Part shown: one piece after another, positions 8,229 to 18,900 of the stretch | Layout of the letters: each line of letters opens with the position of its first letter | Numbering within the stretch: the stretch's first letter is position 1 | Assembly (NCBI GenBank): GCA_050250375.1 | Contig: JBFWOS010000001.1 | Coordinates: forward strand, 471,090 to 535,089 | DNA length: 64,000 nucleotides | Reading direction: 5' to 3' | Source of the DNA: Candidatus Omnitrophota bacterium | GTDB lineage: Bacteria > Omnitrophota > Gorgyraeia > Zapsychrales > Zapsychraceae | The notes under the pieces: generated by a model | Databases searched by the model: none | Seen by the model: the letters and a program-made list of their open reading frames with translations, nothing else | Told to the model about the DNA's origin: nothing | Translations under genes and position numbers: made by a program

Positions 8229-10658
8229 CTAATGAATCGCTTCAAACGTCCGCATTAAATCGGATGATGGCTCAAACCCCAACATAACTGCTTCATTATA
8301 ATATTTCTTGGCTTCCAACCGGTCGCCTTTGTTATAACTTGTTATTGCCAGGTTGATCCATGCGTTCAGATGATTCGGGTTTAATTCCACTGTCTTTTGA
8401 TAAGACTTAATAGCGTCCTGCTCTTTCTCTAGCTTTAGGTAGACATTACCCAGATTGTAATACGCTTCCGGGTTGTCCGGATTGTACTGTAAAGTCGTCT
8501 TATATTTGTTAACCGCTTCCGAATATTTTCCGGACGTCTCAAAGGTATAAGCCAGATTGAAATAAGCCCGAGAATTTCTGGGATTTACTGTTATTGCTTT
8601 TTGATAATACTCCTGGGATTTTTCCAGACTGCCCCTTTGGTTATATATATTTCCTATTTTGACCAATGCATCTGAATGGCCGGGGTCATACCGGATTACC
8701 CGTGTAAAAAAATCCAACGCATCATTCCAGTTCTTGGCCTCCAGGTTAATATTCCCCAACGCATATAATGCCCTGATGTGTTTCGGATTAATCGCAAGAA
8801 CCCTTTCAAAAGTGGATTTCGCCCGAGAAAAATCATTCATTTTTGAATAGATTGATCCAAGGTTATAATAGGAATCTGCGTTCGGGGAACCTTTATTAAT
8901 GAATTTTACATAATTATCGAGTATCTGATAAATGGCAGAACGTAGCCTGATGTTGTCGGGATCAAAACGATACGCATCGTTATAAACATCAATCACTGAA
9001 ACAAACTCTTTTTCACGTATCGGCGGTAAGGCAAGATACTGATTAAAGGCCAAATAAGCTTTTTCATCCTCTTTCAAATTGGTGTACATAAGTCCCATTC
9101 GATAATAGACTATTTTATAAAAAGGATCAATGGCAATTGCCTGACGATACATTTCGATCGCGTTCATATACAATCCTAAATCCTGATAAAGACTGCCTAA
9201 CTTGAATGGAATATCGACATAGTCCGGGGCCACCAGCCTGGCTCTTTCTAAAAGGTTGATTAGATAATTAACCTTTTTAATGTTTTTCTGTGTTTCTTCC
9301 GTAAAATGCAATTCATACCCTTCCAACTTTAATTTAACAATTTTTCTAAACTCTCCTTCAGCCAGTCTGAAATCGTCATATTTTCTCAAAGCCGCCACCA
9401 ATCCATTAAGAGCAATCGGTTCGTTCGGGTAATGGATTAATTGATGCCGCCAAAGGGCCACATCATTCTGCCACACCTGGGTCTGTTTATAGGTTGTCAT
9501 GCCCATCATTGCAAAGAGAACAAAAACCAGGGCAACAGATACCGCCTTACCTGCAACCGCATATTTTTTTCCGTTCAACCATACAAATGCCCTTTGTACG
9601 GCATACCCAAACAGCAAACAAATTCCTAGGCTTGGTAAATACATAAATCTGTCGGCAACAATATTGGTATCTTTAGCCGCATCAAACCTGATCAAAAAGA
9701 ATATGGATAGCAGAAAATATAAAAAAGCAAACCGGATCCACTTGGATTTTCGCATCCGGATGAAACTAAAAATCACGATCAAAGTTACAATTACAGAAAA
9801 TAAATATTCAGGATTGTCGGCTGAGAGCGGCACTGGCAATCTGACGATCGGAACCATAATTAAGGGCAGCATAAACTGCCGAAGATAAAAAAGAAATGAC
9901 CAGCAAGACACCAGTACGGCCTGTCCGATATCCGCGAACGGCACCCGAGAATGTTCCATGTAGGTCAAAAATGTAACGGCCGCAATCATAACGAACAATG
10001 CTATTTTCTCAAGAAAAATACTTTTATCCATTCGTCTTGATTTAAACCAATCAATCAATAGAAGGATTAGCGGCAAACTCATAGCCATTGGTTTCGCAAG
10101 AATACTAAGAAGCCCGAACAAATGGGTTAAGAAATAATATATTTTCCCCGAATAACTACTTTTGTCCCGCCCCAGACAATATAACCTGCGCTCATAACAC
10201 AAAAGTGCAAGCATATAAAACAAAGAATAGAGCACATCCTTGCGTTCCGTGATCCAGGCCACTGATTCAACATGCATCGGGTGCAGTCCAAATAATAAAG
10301 CTGCCAATGCAGCAGGCGCCGAGTTCAGGCCAAACCGCACGGCCAAGAAATAAACCAATATTGTCACCAAAAGATGCAATATTAAATTGTTCACATGATA
10401 AATATAAGGATTATCTTGGAAAAAGTGGTATTCCACGGCAAAACTTAAAATTGTGAGTGGAATATATGTATGATGAACTTTCTGTGAAAATATTCTTTGA
10501 ACATTATCCTGAGTCAAAGACAATACAGATTCATTCTCATAAAGATGCGTATGGTCGTCCCATCGTAAAAAATCGGCCTTTAGAGACGGCAGGAATGAAC
10601 AAAAGATTACACCCGTCACAAATATAAGGATAAAAAAATGTTTTATAAGATTTTTCAC
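8229..10658 (-). CDS. TPR-repeat protein with N-terminal polytopic membrane domain (TMTC/DUF1736-like glycosyltransferase-39-type architecture)
   Basis: 809 aa. The first approx 400 aa hold many hydrophobic helices. The C-terminal half has many TPR-like repeats (AxxYYNLGxxY..G.xxxAIxxYQKAL...P). Confidence 0.6.
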   Translation of the reverse strand: MKNLIKHFFILIFVTGVIFCSFLPSLKADFLRWDDHTHLYENESVLSLTQDNVQRIFSQKVHHTYIPLTILSFAVEYHFFQDNPYIYHVNNLILHLLVTILVYFLAVRFGLNSAPAALAALLFGLHPMHVESVAWITERKDVLYSLFYMLALLCYERRLYCLGRDKSSYSGKIYYFLTHLFGLLSILAKPMAMSLPLILLLIDWFKSRRMDKSIFLEKIALFVMIAAVTFLTYMEHSRVPFADIGQAVLVSCWSFLFYLRQFMLPLIMVPIVRLPVPLSADNPEYLFSVIVTLIVIFSFIRMRKSKWIRFAFLYFLLSIFFLIRFDAAKDTNIVADRFMYLPSLGICLLFGYAVQRAFVWLNGKKYAVAGKAVSVALVFVLFAMMGMTTYKQTQVWQNDVALWRHQLIHYPNEPIALNGLVAALRKYDDFRLAEGEFRKIVKLKLEGYELHFTEETQKNIKKVNYLINLLERARLVAPDYVDIPFKLGSLYQDLGLYMNAIEMYRQAIAIDPFYKIVYYRMGLMYTNLKEDEKAYLAFNQYLALPPIREKEFVSVIDVYNDAYRFDPDNIRLRSAIYQILDNYVKFINKGSPNADSYYNLGSIYSKMNDFSRAKSTFERVLAINPKHIRALYALGNINLEAKNWNDALDFFTRVIRYDPGHSDALVKIGNIYNQRGSLEKSQEYYQKAITVNPRNSRAYFNLAYTFETSGKYSEAVNKYKTTLQYNPDNPEAYYNLGNVYLKLEKEQDAIKSYQKTVELNPNHLNAWINLAITSYNKGDRLEAKKYYNEAVMLGFEPSSDLMRTFEAIH

Positions 10659-10737
10659 TCAACTGCCCGCATATATATTTGGTTTGTGATCAAGAATGTT
10701 TATAACGAAGAAAACTAGGAATGTTACCCGGAACTAT

Positions 10738-11271
10738 TTAATATTTCAAAACGGAATAAACGTCGAAATCTTTTAGCCGGTCTTTGCCTTTCAAAAACTG
10801 TAATTCGATCAAAAAAGCGATTCCGGCCACTACCGCCTTTTGCTCGCGAATCAGTTTGGAAACAGCCTCTATCGTTCCTCCCGTGGCGAGAAGATCATCA
10901 ACGATTAATACCCGAGATTTAGGCTTAATCGCATCTTCGTGAATTTCCAGACTATCTGTTCCGTACTCCAGCGCATAGGTGACACTTTTGGTCTTCCCGG
11001 GCAATTTTCCCTTTTTACGGACAGGAACAAATCCGACTCCCAGTTTGTAAGCTAACGCCGCCCCAAAAATAAACCCGCGGGCTTCAACGCCGACGACCTG
11101 AGCAATTTTCTCATTTTTGAATTTCCGGGCTAACAGATCAATTGACTTCTTAAACGCGTCTTTATCTTTTAATAAAGTTGTTATATCTTTAAAAAGAATC
11201 CCTTCTTTCGGAAAGTCCGGAATATCCCGGATATGCCCCTTCAAATCACTTTTTCGCATTTTTGTCTTCAT
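10738..11271 (-). CDS. apt: Adenine phosphoribosyltransferase
   Basis: [18 protein letters not shown]...[34 protein letters not shown]...[16 protein letters not shown], the type I PRTase PRPP-binding motif. Confidence 0.85.
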   Translation of the reverse strand: MKTKMRKSDLKGHIRDIPDFPKEGILFKDITTLLKDKDAFKKSIDLLARKFKNEKIAQVVGVEARGFIFGAALAYKLGVGFVPVRKKGKLPGKTKSVTYALEYGTDSLEIHEDAIKPKSRVLIVDDLLATGGTIEAVSKLIREQKAVVAGIAFLIELQFLKGKDRLKDFDVYSVLKY

Positions 11272-12190
11272 GATCTTTTATTTTCTGGGTTGATTCACGC
11301 TTGACGAATTTGGTAGCCAGCACCTGTTTATACGGCAATTTTACTTCCCCCCGTGAAATTTGAAACAACTTCTCAGTACCTAACCGGCCCATTTCAAGCA
11401 ATGGCTGGGAAACAGTCGTCAATTTCACGGTACTGCTTTGAATCAGCGGATTATCGTCAAAACCGATAATCGATAATTCTTCGGGTGTTTTAATCCCCAT
11501 CGTCCTAGCCACATCCCATAATTCGAGTGCCATAACATCGGAACCCGCAAAAACGGCCGTCGGACGATTTTTCAAATTTAATAATTTACGGGCGGCCGTA
11601 CGCGCTGGGGTCCTTAAAAAATCACCAAAGGTGATATACGACCTGGGAATCGTTATCCCTTTATTATCCAAAGCCTCGCGAAACCCCTCAAGTCTTTTTA
11701 AACCCGCCTGCGTTGAAACATCCCCCGCGATAGTCGCTATTTGTTTATGCCCCAGTTTTAAAAAATGCTCCACAACATTATAAGCGGCTTTCCAATTGTC
11801 GACGGCCACATAATTGATCGGCTCATCCAGAATATTGTTCAATACCATGCACGGCATGCCTCGTTGAATCGCTTTCTTGACGATAGCAACGTCATTGTCT
11901 ATATCAGCAAATATAATCCCATCAATATAATTCTTATCCATAAGCGTGGAATCCAGCCAGCCGCGATGGTCGGAACGGTCGACAATATGAATGAGATAAT
12001 CGGCACTTAACCGGCTTGCGGAAAGGCTCACCCCGCGGATAATTTCTCCGGCATAGTAAGAATGGAAGATGTCTTCAAAACGGGGTATGACTAATACAAA
12101 TGTGGGTTTTCGTTTTCGACTAATCAACTTCTTGATTTTTTTCTTTTTGTTCGATGATTTGTCTAATTTTTTTAATGGTCCCGGCTTCAA
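11246..12190 (-). CDS. LacI/PurR-type periplasmic-binding-fold (sugar-binding) domain protein; start codon uncertain
   Basis: [50 protein letters not shown] is the typical LacI C-terminal sensor-domain motif. The annotated N-terminus overlaps the sigma-factor gene by about 70 nt and is low-complexity basic instead of an HTH_LacI domain. The ORF track accepts GTG/TTG starts, so the true start is probably internal. Confidence 0.55.
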   Translation of the reverse strand: MKPGPLKKLDKSSNKKKKIKKLISRKRKPTFVLVIPRFEDIFHSYYAGEIIRGVSLSASRLSADYLIHIVDRSDHRGWLDSTLMDKNYIDGIIFADIDNDVAIVKKAIQRGMPCMVLNNILDEPINYVAVDNWKAAYNVVEHFLKLGHKQIATIAGDVSTQAGLKRLEGFREALDNKGITIPRSYITFGDFLRTPARTAARKLLNLKNRPTAVFAGSDVMALELWDVARTMGIKTPEELSIIGFDDNPLIQSSTVKLTTVSQPLLEMGRLGTEKLFQISRGEVKLPYKQVLATKFVKRESTQKIKDHEDKNAKK

Positions 12191-12944
12191 TCTGGCGAAC
12201 GCGTTCTCTTGATATACCCAATGCCTTGGCTATTTCTGCGAGCGTTCTGGCCTCACCATCCGACAGGCCGTAACGCATTTCAAGAATTTTTCGTTCGCGC
12301 TCATTGAGCATTTCAAGAAATCCCATCGCCCGCTCTTTATTAAAGAATTTTTCCAATTCTTCATCGGGAGCGACGATATTATGATCCTGAATAATATCTT
12401 TGACCTGTCCGTCCCCCTCTTCCCCGATTGGGGCGTCAAGGCTCGACATCTTGGCGATTGAATTCTCAAGTTCACGGACTTTATCAACCGGAACTTTCAA
12501 TTTTTTAGCAATCTCACCGACTCTGGGTTTTCGTTTAAATTGATGTGTTAATTTCTCAACCACTTTTTTATATTTAAGAATGTCCTCGTTCATATAAACC
12601 GGGACACGTATCATCTTCCCTTGATCAATGATCGCCCGGGAAATACCCTGCTTAATCCACCAAGCGGCATAGGTAGAGAAGCGGAATCCTTTTTCGGGAT
12701 CAAACTTTTCCACACTTTTCATCAAACCGATGTTTCCCTCTTCGATTAAATCACTTAGAGGGACCCCCAAATTTACATATCTTTTGGCAATACTGATAAC
12801 CAAACGTAAATTTGAGCGAATCATCTGATTACGAGCGTCCTGGTCTCCTTTTTGCACTTTCCGAGACAAAGTCACTTCTTCTTCCGCCGTCAAAAGGGGT
12901 ATCGGTCTGACATCTTTCAAATATGCTTTTATAGGATCTGTCAT
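12120..12944 (-). CDS. RNA polymerase sigma-70 family factor (RpoD/RpoS-like; regions 1.2, 2, 3, 4)
   Basis: DPIKAYLKDVRPIPLLTAEEE (region 1.2); NLRLVISIAKRYVNLGVPLSDLIEEGNIGLMKSVEKFDPEKGFRFSTYAAWWIKQ (region 2); [29 protein letters not shown] (region 4.2). Confidence 0.85.
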   Translation of the reverse strand: MTDPIKAYLKDVRPIPLLTAEEEVTLSRKVQKGDQDARNQMIRSNLRLVISIAKRYVNLGVPLSDLIEEGNIGLMKSVEKFDPEKGFRFSTYAAWWIKQGISRAIIDQGKMIRVPVYMNEDILKYKKVVEKLTHQFKRKPRVGEIAKKLKVPVDKVRELENSIAKMSSLDAPIGEEGDGQVKDIIQDHNIVAPDEELEKFFNKERAMGFLEMLNERERKILEMRYGLSDGEARTLAEIAKALGISRERVRQIEAGTIKKIRQIIEQKEKNQEVD

Positions 12945-12950
12945 AAGGGC

Positions 12951-15677
12951 TTATTTCTTTTTCTGGTTAGTCGTTTTACTGCTCCCGTTGGCTTCAATAG
13001 CCGCTTGCGCTGCCGCCAGCCGGGCAATCGGAACTCGATACGGCGAACAACTGACATAATTCAAACCGACACGGGCAAAGAATTTGACAGATTCCTGATC
13101 CCCGCCGTGTTCACCGCAAACTCCGCACTTCAGGTCTTTACGAATCGACCGTCCTCTTTCAACACCGGTCTGAACAAGTTGGCCAACGCCTTCTTGATCA
13201 ATCGATGCAAACGGATCATCCTGAAGTATTTTCTTTTGTAAATATTCAGGCAAGAAAGTACCGATATCATCCCGACTGAAACCGAATGTCATTTGCGTCA
13301 AATCATTGGTTCCAAAAGAAAAGAATTCGGCATCTTTAGCCACTTTATCAGCGATCAAAGTCGCACGCGGAATTTCCATCATTGTTCCAACAAGGTATTT
13401 GATCTTTGAATTTTTCATCTTAATAATTTCATCTGCCGTCTTTCGTGTTATTTCCGCCAGCATTTGAAATTCTTTATCTGTTCCGATCAAAGGTATCATA
13501 ATTTCAGGAATAACTTTGACTCCTTTTTGAGCGACATTACAAGCGGCTTCAATAATGGCCGTAACCTGCATCCGGCAAATTTCCGGATAAGTGATCGATA
13601 ATCGGCACCCCCTGTGTCCTAACATAGGATTAAATTCATGCAGTGCCTCGACCTTATGTTTGACTATGGCCGGAGTCGTATTTAATCTCTTTGCCATTTC
13701 TGCCTGTCCGACCTTATCATGCGGTAAGAACTCGTGCAATGGCGGATCTAATAATCGGATGGTGACCGGGTGGCCATCCATGGCTTTAAAAATCCCTTCG
13801 AAATCTTTTCTCTGATAAGGCAATAATTTGGCCAAGGCTTTTTCTCGACCGGCAATGTCTGATGCTAAAATCATTTCCCGAATAGCCCAAATACGGTCCC
13901 CTTCAAAGAACATATGTTCTGTTCGGCACAATCCGATACCCTCAGCCCCTAATTTCCGGGCATTCAGGGAATCCTTTGGCGAATCCGCGTTGGTTCGTAT
14001 GTCCAATTGTCGATATTTATCCGTCCAACTCATAATTTCGGAATACATCTTGCAAATCGGGTGATTGAGGGCTTTCTTGTCTCCATCAACAATGCCTGAA
14101 ACAACAGGTGACGCTGACGTTTCGACATATCCAACGATAATTTCCCCCGTACTACCATCGATGGAGATTTCGTCCCCTTCGCGCACAATACGAGACCCCA
14201 CGGAGATTAGTTTTTTCTTATAATCAATCTGTAAAGCCCCACATCCAACGACACAACACTTTCCCCATCCACGAGCGACAACAGCGGCATGAGATGTCAT
14301 CCCGCCGGTTGAGGTCAGGATTGCCTGCGCGGCCCACATCCCGCTGACATCTTCCGGAGATGTCTCTTTTCGGACAAGGATTACTTTCTCCCCTTTGGCC
14401 GCCCATTTTACCGCTTCATCGGCGGAAAAAACAACCAAGCCACTGGCTGCACCAGGACCTGCTGGGAGACCTTTAGCCAATAATCGATTTTCCGTTAAGG
14501 CGGATTGTTTGGCTTTAGGATTAAAAATCGGGAATAACAGCTGGTTCAATTGATCCCCATGAATTCGTTTTAAAGCCGTTTTTTCATCAATTAATCCTTC
14601 TTTAACCATATCCACTGCGATTTTAATCGCAGCCAGACCTGTCCGTTTACCATTTCTGGTTTGAAGCATAAACAGCTTACCTTCCTGAATGGTAAATTCA
14701 ACGTCCTGCATATCTTTATAATGCCTTTCCAGCATCAACCGAATTTTATTAAGTTCTTCATAAATCACCGGCATCTTTTTCTTAAGTGTGGAAATCGGTT
14801 CTGGCGTCCGAATTCCAGCCACAACGTCTTCACCCTGGGCATTGATCAAATATTCCCCGTAAAATTCATCAGTACCGTCAGCAGGATTGCGGGTAAAGGC
14901 TACTCCTGTACCCGAACTGTCCCCCATATTTCCATAAGCCATGGCCTGTACGTTTACGGCGGTACCTTTTAATCCGCGCAATTTATTAATGTCGCGGTAT
15001 GCAATGGCTCTATCAGCGTTCCAGGAACGGATAACAGCGTTAATAGAATGGGTTAATTGTTCCCGGGCATTTGTCGGAAAATCTTTACCAACATACTTTT
15101 TGTAAACCGCTTTATAGGCGCCTACAACTTCTTTTAACTCAGCGGCCGTTAAATCTGTATCCAACGCTCTGTTATATTTTTTCTTAATGCGGGTTAGCTC
15201 TTCTTCAAAATGATCATGATGGACTTCCATACAAACGTCCCCGAACATGTTGATGAATCTTCGGTAAGAATCCCACGCCATACGTTCATTATTTGTTTTC
15301 TTTGCGAGACCAATGACGGCCTCATCATTAATCCCGAGATTAAGGACTGTATCCATCATGCCGGGCATTGATACCGCTGCCCCGGAACGCACAGAAACCA
15401 AAAGCGGGTTTTCGGCGTCTCCAAACTTTGCATTCATGGCCTTTTCAAGTTTCTTGATATTTGCATCAATTTCTTTATCGAGAGTGTCCGGCTTTTTCTG
15501 ACCATTGGAGTAATAATAATCACAAACCGTCGTCGCAATCGTAAATCCAGGCGGAACAGGAACACCGATTGATGACATTTCCGCCAAATTCGCCCCTTTA
15601 CCACCTAATTCCTCTTTCATACTTGCCTTGCCTTCGGCTGTTCCGTTACCGAAGAAATACACATACTTCTTTGACAT
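12951..15677 (-). CDS. ppdK: Pyruvate, phosphate dikinase
   Basis: 908 aa. N-terminus MSKKYVYFFG.....GGKGANLAEM. Motifs VRSGAAVSMPGMMDTVLNLG, phosphohistidine GGMTSHAAVVARGWGKCCVVGC, and C-terminal GIGLCRTEHMFFEGDRI / FFSFGTNDLTQMTFGFSRDD. Confidence 0.9.
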   Translation of the reverse strand: MSKKYVYFFGNGTAEGKASMKEELGGKGANLAEMSSIGVPVPPGFTIATTVCDYYYSNGQKKPDTLDKEIDANIKKLEKAMNAKFGDAENPLLVSVRSGAAVSMPGMMDTVLNLGINDEAVIGLAKKTNNERMAWDSYRRFINMFGDVCMEVHHDHFEEELTRIKKKYNRALDTDLTAAELKEVVGAYKAVYKKYVGKDFPTNAREQLTHSINAVIRSWNADRAIAYRDINKLRGLKGTAVNVQAMAYGNMGDSSGTGVAFTRNPADGTDEFYGEYLINAQGEDVVAGIRTPEPISTLKKKMPVIYEELNKIRLMLERHYKDMQDVEFTIQEGKLFMLQTRNGKRTGLAAIKIAVDMVKEGLIDEKTALKRIHGDQLNQLLFPIFNPKAKQSALTENRLLAKGLPAGPGAASGLVVFSADEAVKWAAKGEKVILVRKETSPEDVSGMWAAQAILTSTGGMTSHAAVVARGWGKCCVVGCGALQIDYKKKLISVGSRIVREGDEISIDGSTGEIIVGYVETSASPVVSGIVDGDKKALNHPICKMYSEIMSWTDKYRQLDIRTNADSPKDSLNARKLGAEGIGLCRTEHMFFEGDRIWAIREMILASDIAGREKALAKLLPYQRKDFEGIFKAMDGHPVTIRLLDPPLHEFLPHDKVGQAEMAKRLNTTPAIVKHKVEALHEFNPMLGHRGCRLSITYPEICRMQVTAIIEAACNVAQKGVKVIPEIMIPLIGTDKEFQMLAEITRKTADEIIKMKNSKIKYLVGTMMEIPRATLIADKVAKDAEFFSFGTNDLTQMTFGFSRDDIGTFLPEYLQKKILQDDPFASIDQEGVGQLVQTGVERGRSIRKDLKCGVCGEHGGDQESVKFFARVGLNYVSCSPYRVPIARLAAAQAAIEANGSSKTTNQKKK

Positions 15678-15703
15678 TTGAGTTCGACCTTTCTTTAGTG
15701 AGA

Positions 15704-17011
15704 TTAACTGGATAATTTTTCTTGAATAAATTTTTTTAATTGATCAACCGGGATTCGTTCTTGACGCATGGTATCCCTGTCCCGGACTGTAACTTTCTTG
15801 TCTTCTAAAGACTCCACATCAACCGTAACACAAAAAAACGTTCCGACTTCGTCCTGACGCCGGTAAAGTTTTCCAATAGCGGCTGTGTCATCATAGACAC
15901 AGGTATAATTTCTCTGCAAATCCCCTTTAATAGCGTGGGCCAGATTAACGATATCATCATTTTTCTTAAGTAAGGGCAATACCGCAATCTTTGTCGGGGC
16001 TAAATCCTTATGCAACTTTAGAACGACTCTAGGGCGGCCTTCCACTTCTTCTTCATGATACGCATCAGCTAAAAAAGCCAATGTCGCCCGATCCACACCG
16101 CCAGACGGTTCAATTACATAAGGATAAAATTTATCATTCGTAATCTTATCATGATATCTTAAATCTTTGCCTGATAAATTCGCATGTTGTTTCAGGTCAT
16201 AATCCGTACGATTGGCAATTCCTTCCAATTCAGACCATCCAAACGGAAATTTATATTCCACGTCCGTGCAACCCTTGGCATAATGCGCCAATTCATCATC
16301 AGCGTGCTTTCTGAGCTTTAAGTTTTCTTTTCGAATCCCTAAATTCACATACCATAAAAAACGTTCTTCGATCCACTTCTGGTAACAATCATCCGATTGC
16401 TCAGCCGTCGTAAAATATTCGATCTCCATTTGCTCAAATTCACGCATTCTGAAAACAAAATTACCCGCTGTAATTTCATTACGAAAAGATTTGCCGATCT
16501 GGGCAATACCAAATGGCAGGCGTCGGCTTGAAGAGTCCAGAACATTCTTGAAGTTGACAAATATTCCCTGGGCTGTTTCCGGCCTGAGGTACACCTCAGC
16601 ACTAGTATCTTCAACCGCGCCAAGAAAAGTTTTTAACATCAGATTAAATGCCCTCGGCTCGGTGAACTGCGTTCCAACCTTGGCTTTCTCTTCTTCGCTC
16701 AAATGATCGTAACGATACCTTTTCTTGGTTTTCTTATCGTCAACTAAAAGATCGGTAAAGTTTTCAGCATGGCCGGATGCTTTCCAAGTGTCTGGATGCA
16801 TCAATATGGCGGCGTCCAGTCCAACCATGTCATCCCGGCTATGGACAACTCTCTTCCACCAGGCGTTCTTGACATTACGTTTAAGTTCGGCGCCTAAAGG
16901 ACCATAGTCCCAAGCATTGGCTAGACCACCGTAAATTTCCGATGATTGAAAAATGAAACCACGTCTTTTACAAAGTGAAACTAATTTTTCCATTAAATCA
17001 TTGGTGTGCAT
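15704..17011 (-). CDS. glyQS: Glycine--tRNA ligase (dimeric alpha2 type)
   Basis: MHTNDLMEKLVSLCKRRGFIFQSSEIYGGLANAWDYGPLG... with class II aaRS motifs. About 435 aa, typical of alpha2 GlyRS. Confidence 0.85.
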   Translation of the reverse strand: MHTNDLMEKLVSLCKRRGFIFQSSEIYGGLANAWDYGPLGAELKRNVKNAWWKRVVHSRDDMVGLDAAILMHPDTWKASGHAENFTDLLVDDKKTKKRYRYDHLSEEEKAKVGTQFTEPRAFNLMLKTFLGAVEDTSAEVYLRPETAQGIFVNFKNVLDSSSRRLPFGIAQIGKSFRNEITAGNFVFRMREFEQMEIEYFTTAEQSDDCYQKWIEERFLWYVNLGIRKENLKLRKHADDELAHYAKGCTDVEYKFPFGWSELEGIANRTDYDLKQHANLSGKDLRYHDKITNDKFYPYVIEPSGGVDRATLAFLADAYHEEEVEGRPRVVLKLHKDLAPTKIAVLPLLKKNDDIVNLAHAIKGDLQRNYTCVYDDTAAIGKLYRRQDEVGTFFCVTVDVESLEDKKVTVRDRDTMRQERIPVDQLKKFIQEKLSS

Positions 17012-17080
17012 GGAAAGTTATTCTAACAAATGTTTATCAAAAAGCAAGAAATATGTAACTTCTGTATATATTTATTAATA

Positions 17081-18064
17081 TTATATTAATTCACTGACAC
17101 TTCGTTTGCGGGCACCCCTTAGGCGGTCAATGATGACTTGTTCTTCACTAGGCTTGCTTTTCCAGCGCTTATGAATCCACCCTCCCCATTCATGAGGATA
17201 TTTTCTGACATAATTTTCAATTACCCTTGTAATCATAGCCACATTTTTGTGGATAATGTCTTGTTCGTCATATCCTCGTTCTAGAACAAGTTCAGGCTCA
17301 ATAATAATCTTAAAACTTATTTCTCCTTCGTCCTGAAGGCAAAATATCGGCAATATTGGGGACTTGGTCCTTAAGGAAAACACCACCGGGCCGGTGGCCG
17401 TGGCCGCAGGCCGGCCAAAAAAATCCACAAAAACTCTGCCTTGGCTGCCATAATTCTGATCAAGAAGAATAATCAAGACCTCATTATTCCTTAAAGCCTT
17501 AATTGATTCAACAACACATTTCTTTGCAGGCAAGTCATAAATCGTTTTAATTCCCGATTCATCTCGAAGCTCCGAGATATATTGTTCAAAAACCTGGTCA
17601 CGCACCCGGCGCATGATAACGTTTGTCTTGTACCCTGCACGCACGAGTTTCTGATACATGAGTATAAAGTTTCCAAAATGCCCTCCGGTGAGGATAACCC
17701 CGTTTCCTTTGGCAAGTGCCCGGTCCAGATGTTCCTGACCGATAATCCTTATATTCTGGTCAGATAAACCCTGGCGATCAACGTAATAAAGAAGATCGAC
17801 CATTCCGCGGCCAAAATTCTGAAAATACTGCTTTGCAATTTTCTTTATATCCTTATTACTCATTTCCCGTCCAAAGGCGTATTTCAAATTCTGTAAGGCT
17901 GTTTGCCTTTTCTTATACATCACTAGTTTGCCGATTTGTAAAAAAACATGGGAAATAACTCGATAGACCGGATAAGGTAACCGCTTGATGATTCCCCGCA
18001 TAAAAAAAAGCATATTTCTGCCAAGGGCGCGATAAAAAAGTTTAAGGTATTTTGTTATCATCAT
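17081..18064 (-). CDS. Lipid A biosynthesis (lauroyl/myristoyl) acyltransferase, LpxL/HtrB family
   Basis: 327 aa. GRGMVDLLYY..., ILTGGHFGNFILMY, and the overall architecture match the Lip_A_acyltrans family. This implies an LPS-containing outer membrane. Confidence 0.7.
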   Translation of the reverse strand: MMITKYLKLFYRALGRNMLFFMRGIIKRLPYPVYRVISHVFLQIGKLVMYKKRQTALQNLKYAFGREMSNKDIKKIAKQYFQNFGRGMVDLLYYVDRQGLSDQNIRIIGQEHLDRALAKGNGVILTGGHFGNFILMYQKLVRAGYKTNVIMRRVRDQVFEQYISELRDESGIKTIYDLPAKKCVVESIKALRNNEVLIILLDQNYGSQGRVFVDFFGRPAATATGPVVFSLRTKSPILPIFCLQDEGEISFKIIIEPELVLERGYDEQDIIHKNVAMITRVIENYVRKYPHEWGGWIHKRWKSKPSEEQVIIDRLRGARKRSVSELI

Positions 18065-18900
18065 TTAACCTGTAATTGATCCAGCTGTTTCGGGTCAATC
18101 GTAAAACTGTGGTTTCTGTCAGGAAATTTCCCCTTATCCACGTCTGAACAAAATTCATCGAGACTTTTCGCAATTAACTCATTCAACCGATTGTATTGTT
18201 TGACAAATTTCGGATGAAACCGGTCATACAAACCCAACAGATCATGCGTGACCAAAACTTGCCCGTCACAATCAACCCCGGCTCCTATTCCGATGGTGGG
18301 AATCTTTAAAGTCTTTGAAATAATATGGGCGATTTCACTGGGTATACATTCCAGGACAACACTAAAACAACCGCTCGTTTCTAAAATGATGGCCTGATCA
18401 ATAATAGCTTGCGCCGATCGGGCATCCTTACCTTGCACCTTGAAATTCTCAGCGGTTTGTGGGGTTAATCCGACATGCCCCATGACGGCAGTCCCCGAAT
18501 CATGAATGGCCTTGGCTATATCAGGACAATTTTCAAACCATTCCAATTTTACAGCATCACAACCTATTTCAATAAATTTCTTGGCATTTCGGACGGCCAG
18601 TCCTTTATTTTGATACGAACCATAGGGTAAATCTCCAATAACAATCGCTCGCTGAACAGCCCTGCAAACCGCTTTTGCATGATGAAGCATCTCTGCCATA
18701 CCGATTTCTTTAGTTGATTCGAGACCCAACACGACATTCGCCAATGAGTCCCCGACCAGAATTAAATCGACCCCTGATTGATCAATTAATTTCGCCATGG
18801 GATAATCATAAGCTGTGAGCATTTTTATCTTTTGCTTATTTTTTTTCTTCTTAAGGACATTCTGAATCGTATTTTTTTGAAGAGACATCGGCTTACCCAA
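18061..18900 (-). CDS. panB: 3-methyl-2-oxobutanoate hydroxymethyltransferase
   Basis: KIKMLTAYDYPMAKLIDQSGVDLILVGDSLANVVLG...IGDLPYGSYQ...VKLEWFE: PanB motifs. Confidence 0.85.
   Translation of the reverse strand: MGKPMSLQKNTIQNVLKKKKNKQKIKMLTAYDYPMAKLIDQSGVDLILVGDSLANVVLGLESTKEIGMAEMLHHAKAVCRAVQRAIVIGDLPYGSYQNKGLAVRNAKKFIEIGCDAVKLEWFENCPDIAKAIHDSGTAVMGHVGLTPQTAENFKVQGKDARSAQAIIDQAIILETSGCFSVVLECIPSEIAHIISKTLKIPTIGIGAGVDCDGQVLVTHDLLGLYDRFHPKFVKQYNRLNELIAKSLDEFCSDVDKGKFPDRNHSFTIDPKQLDQLQVK

Noticed and set aside
12230-12487. 85-aa ORF inside the sigma-factor gene
   Set aside because: It is an alternative frame of a strongly conserved sigma-70 coding region.
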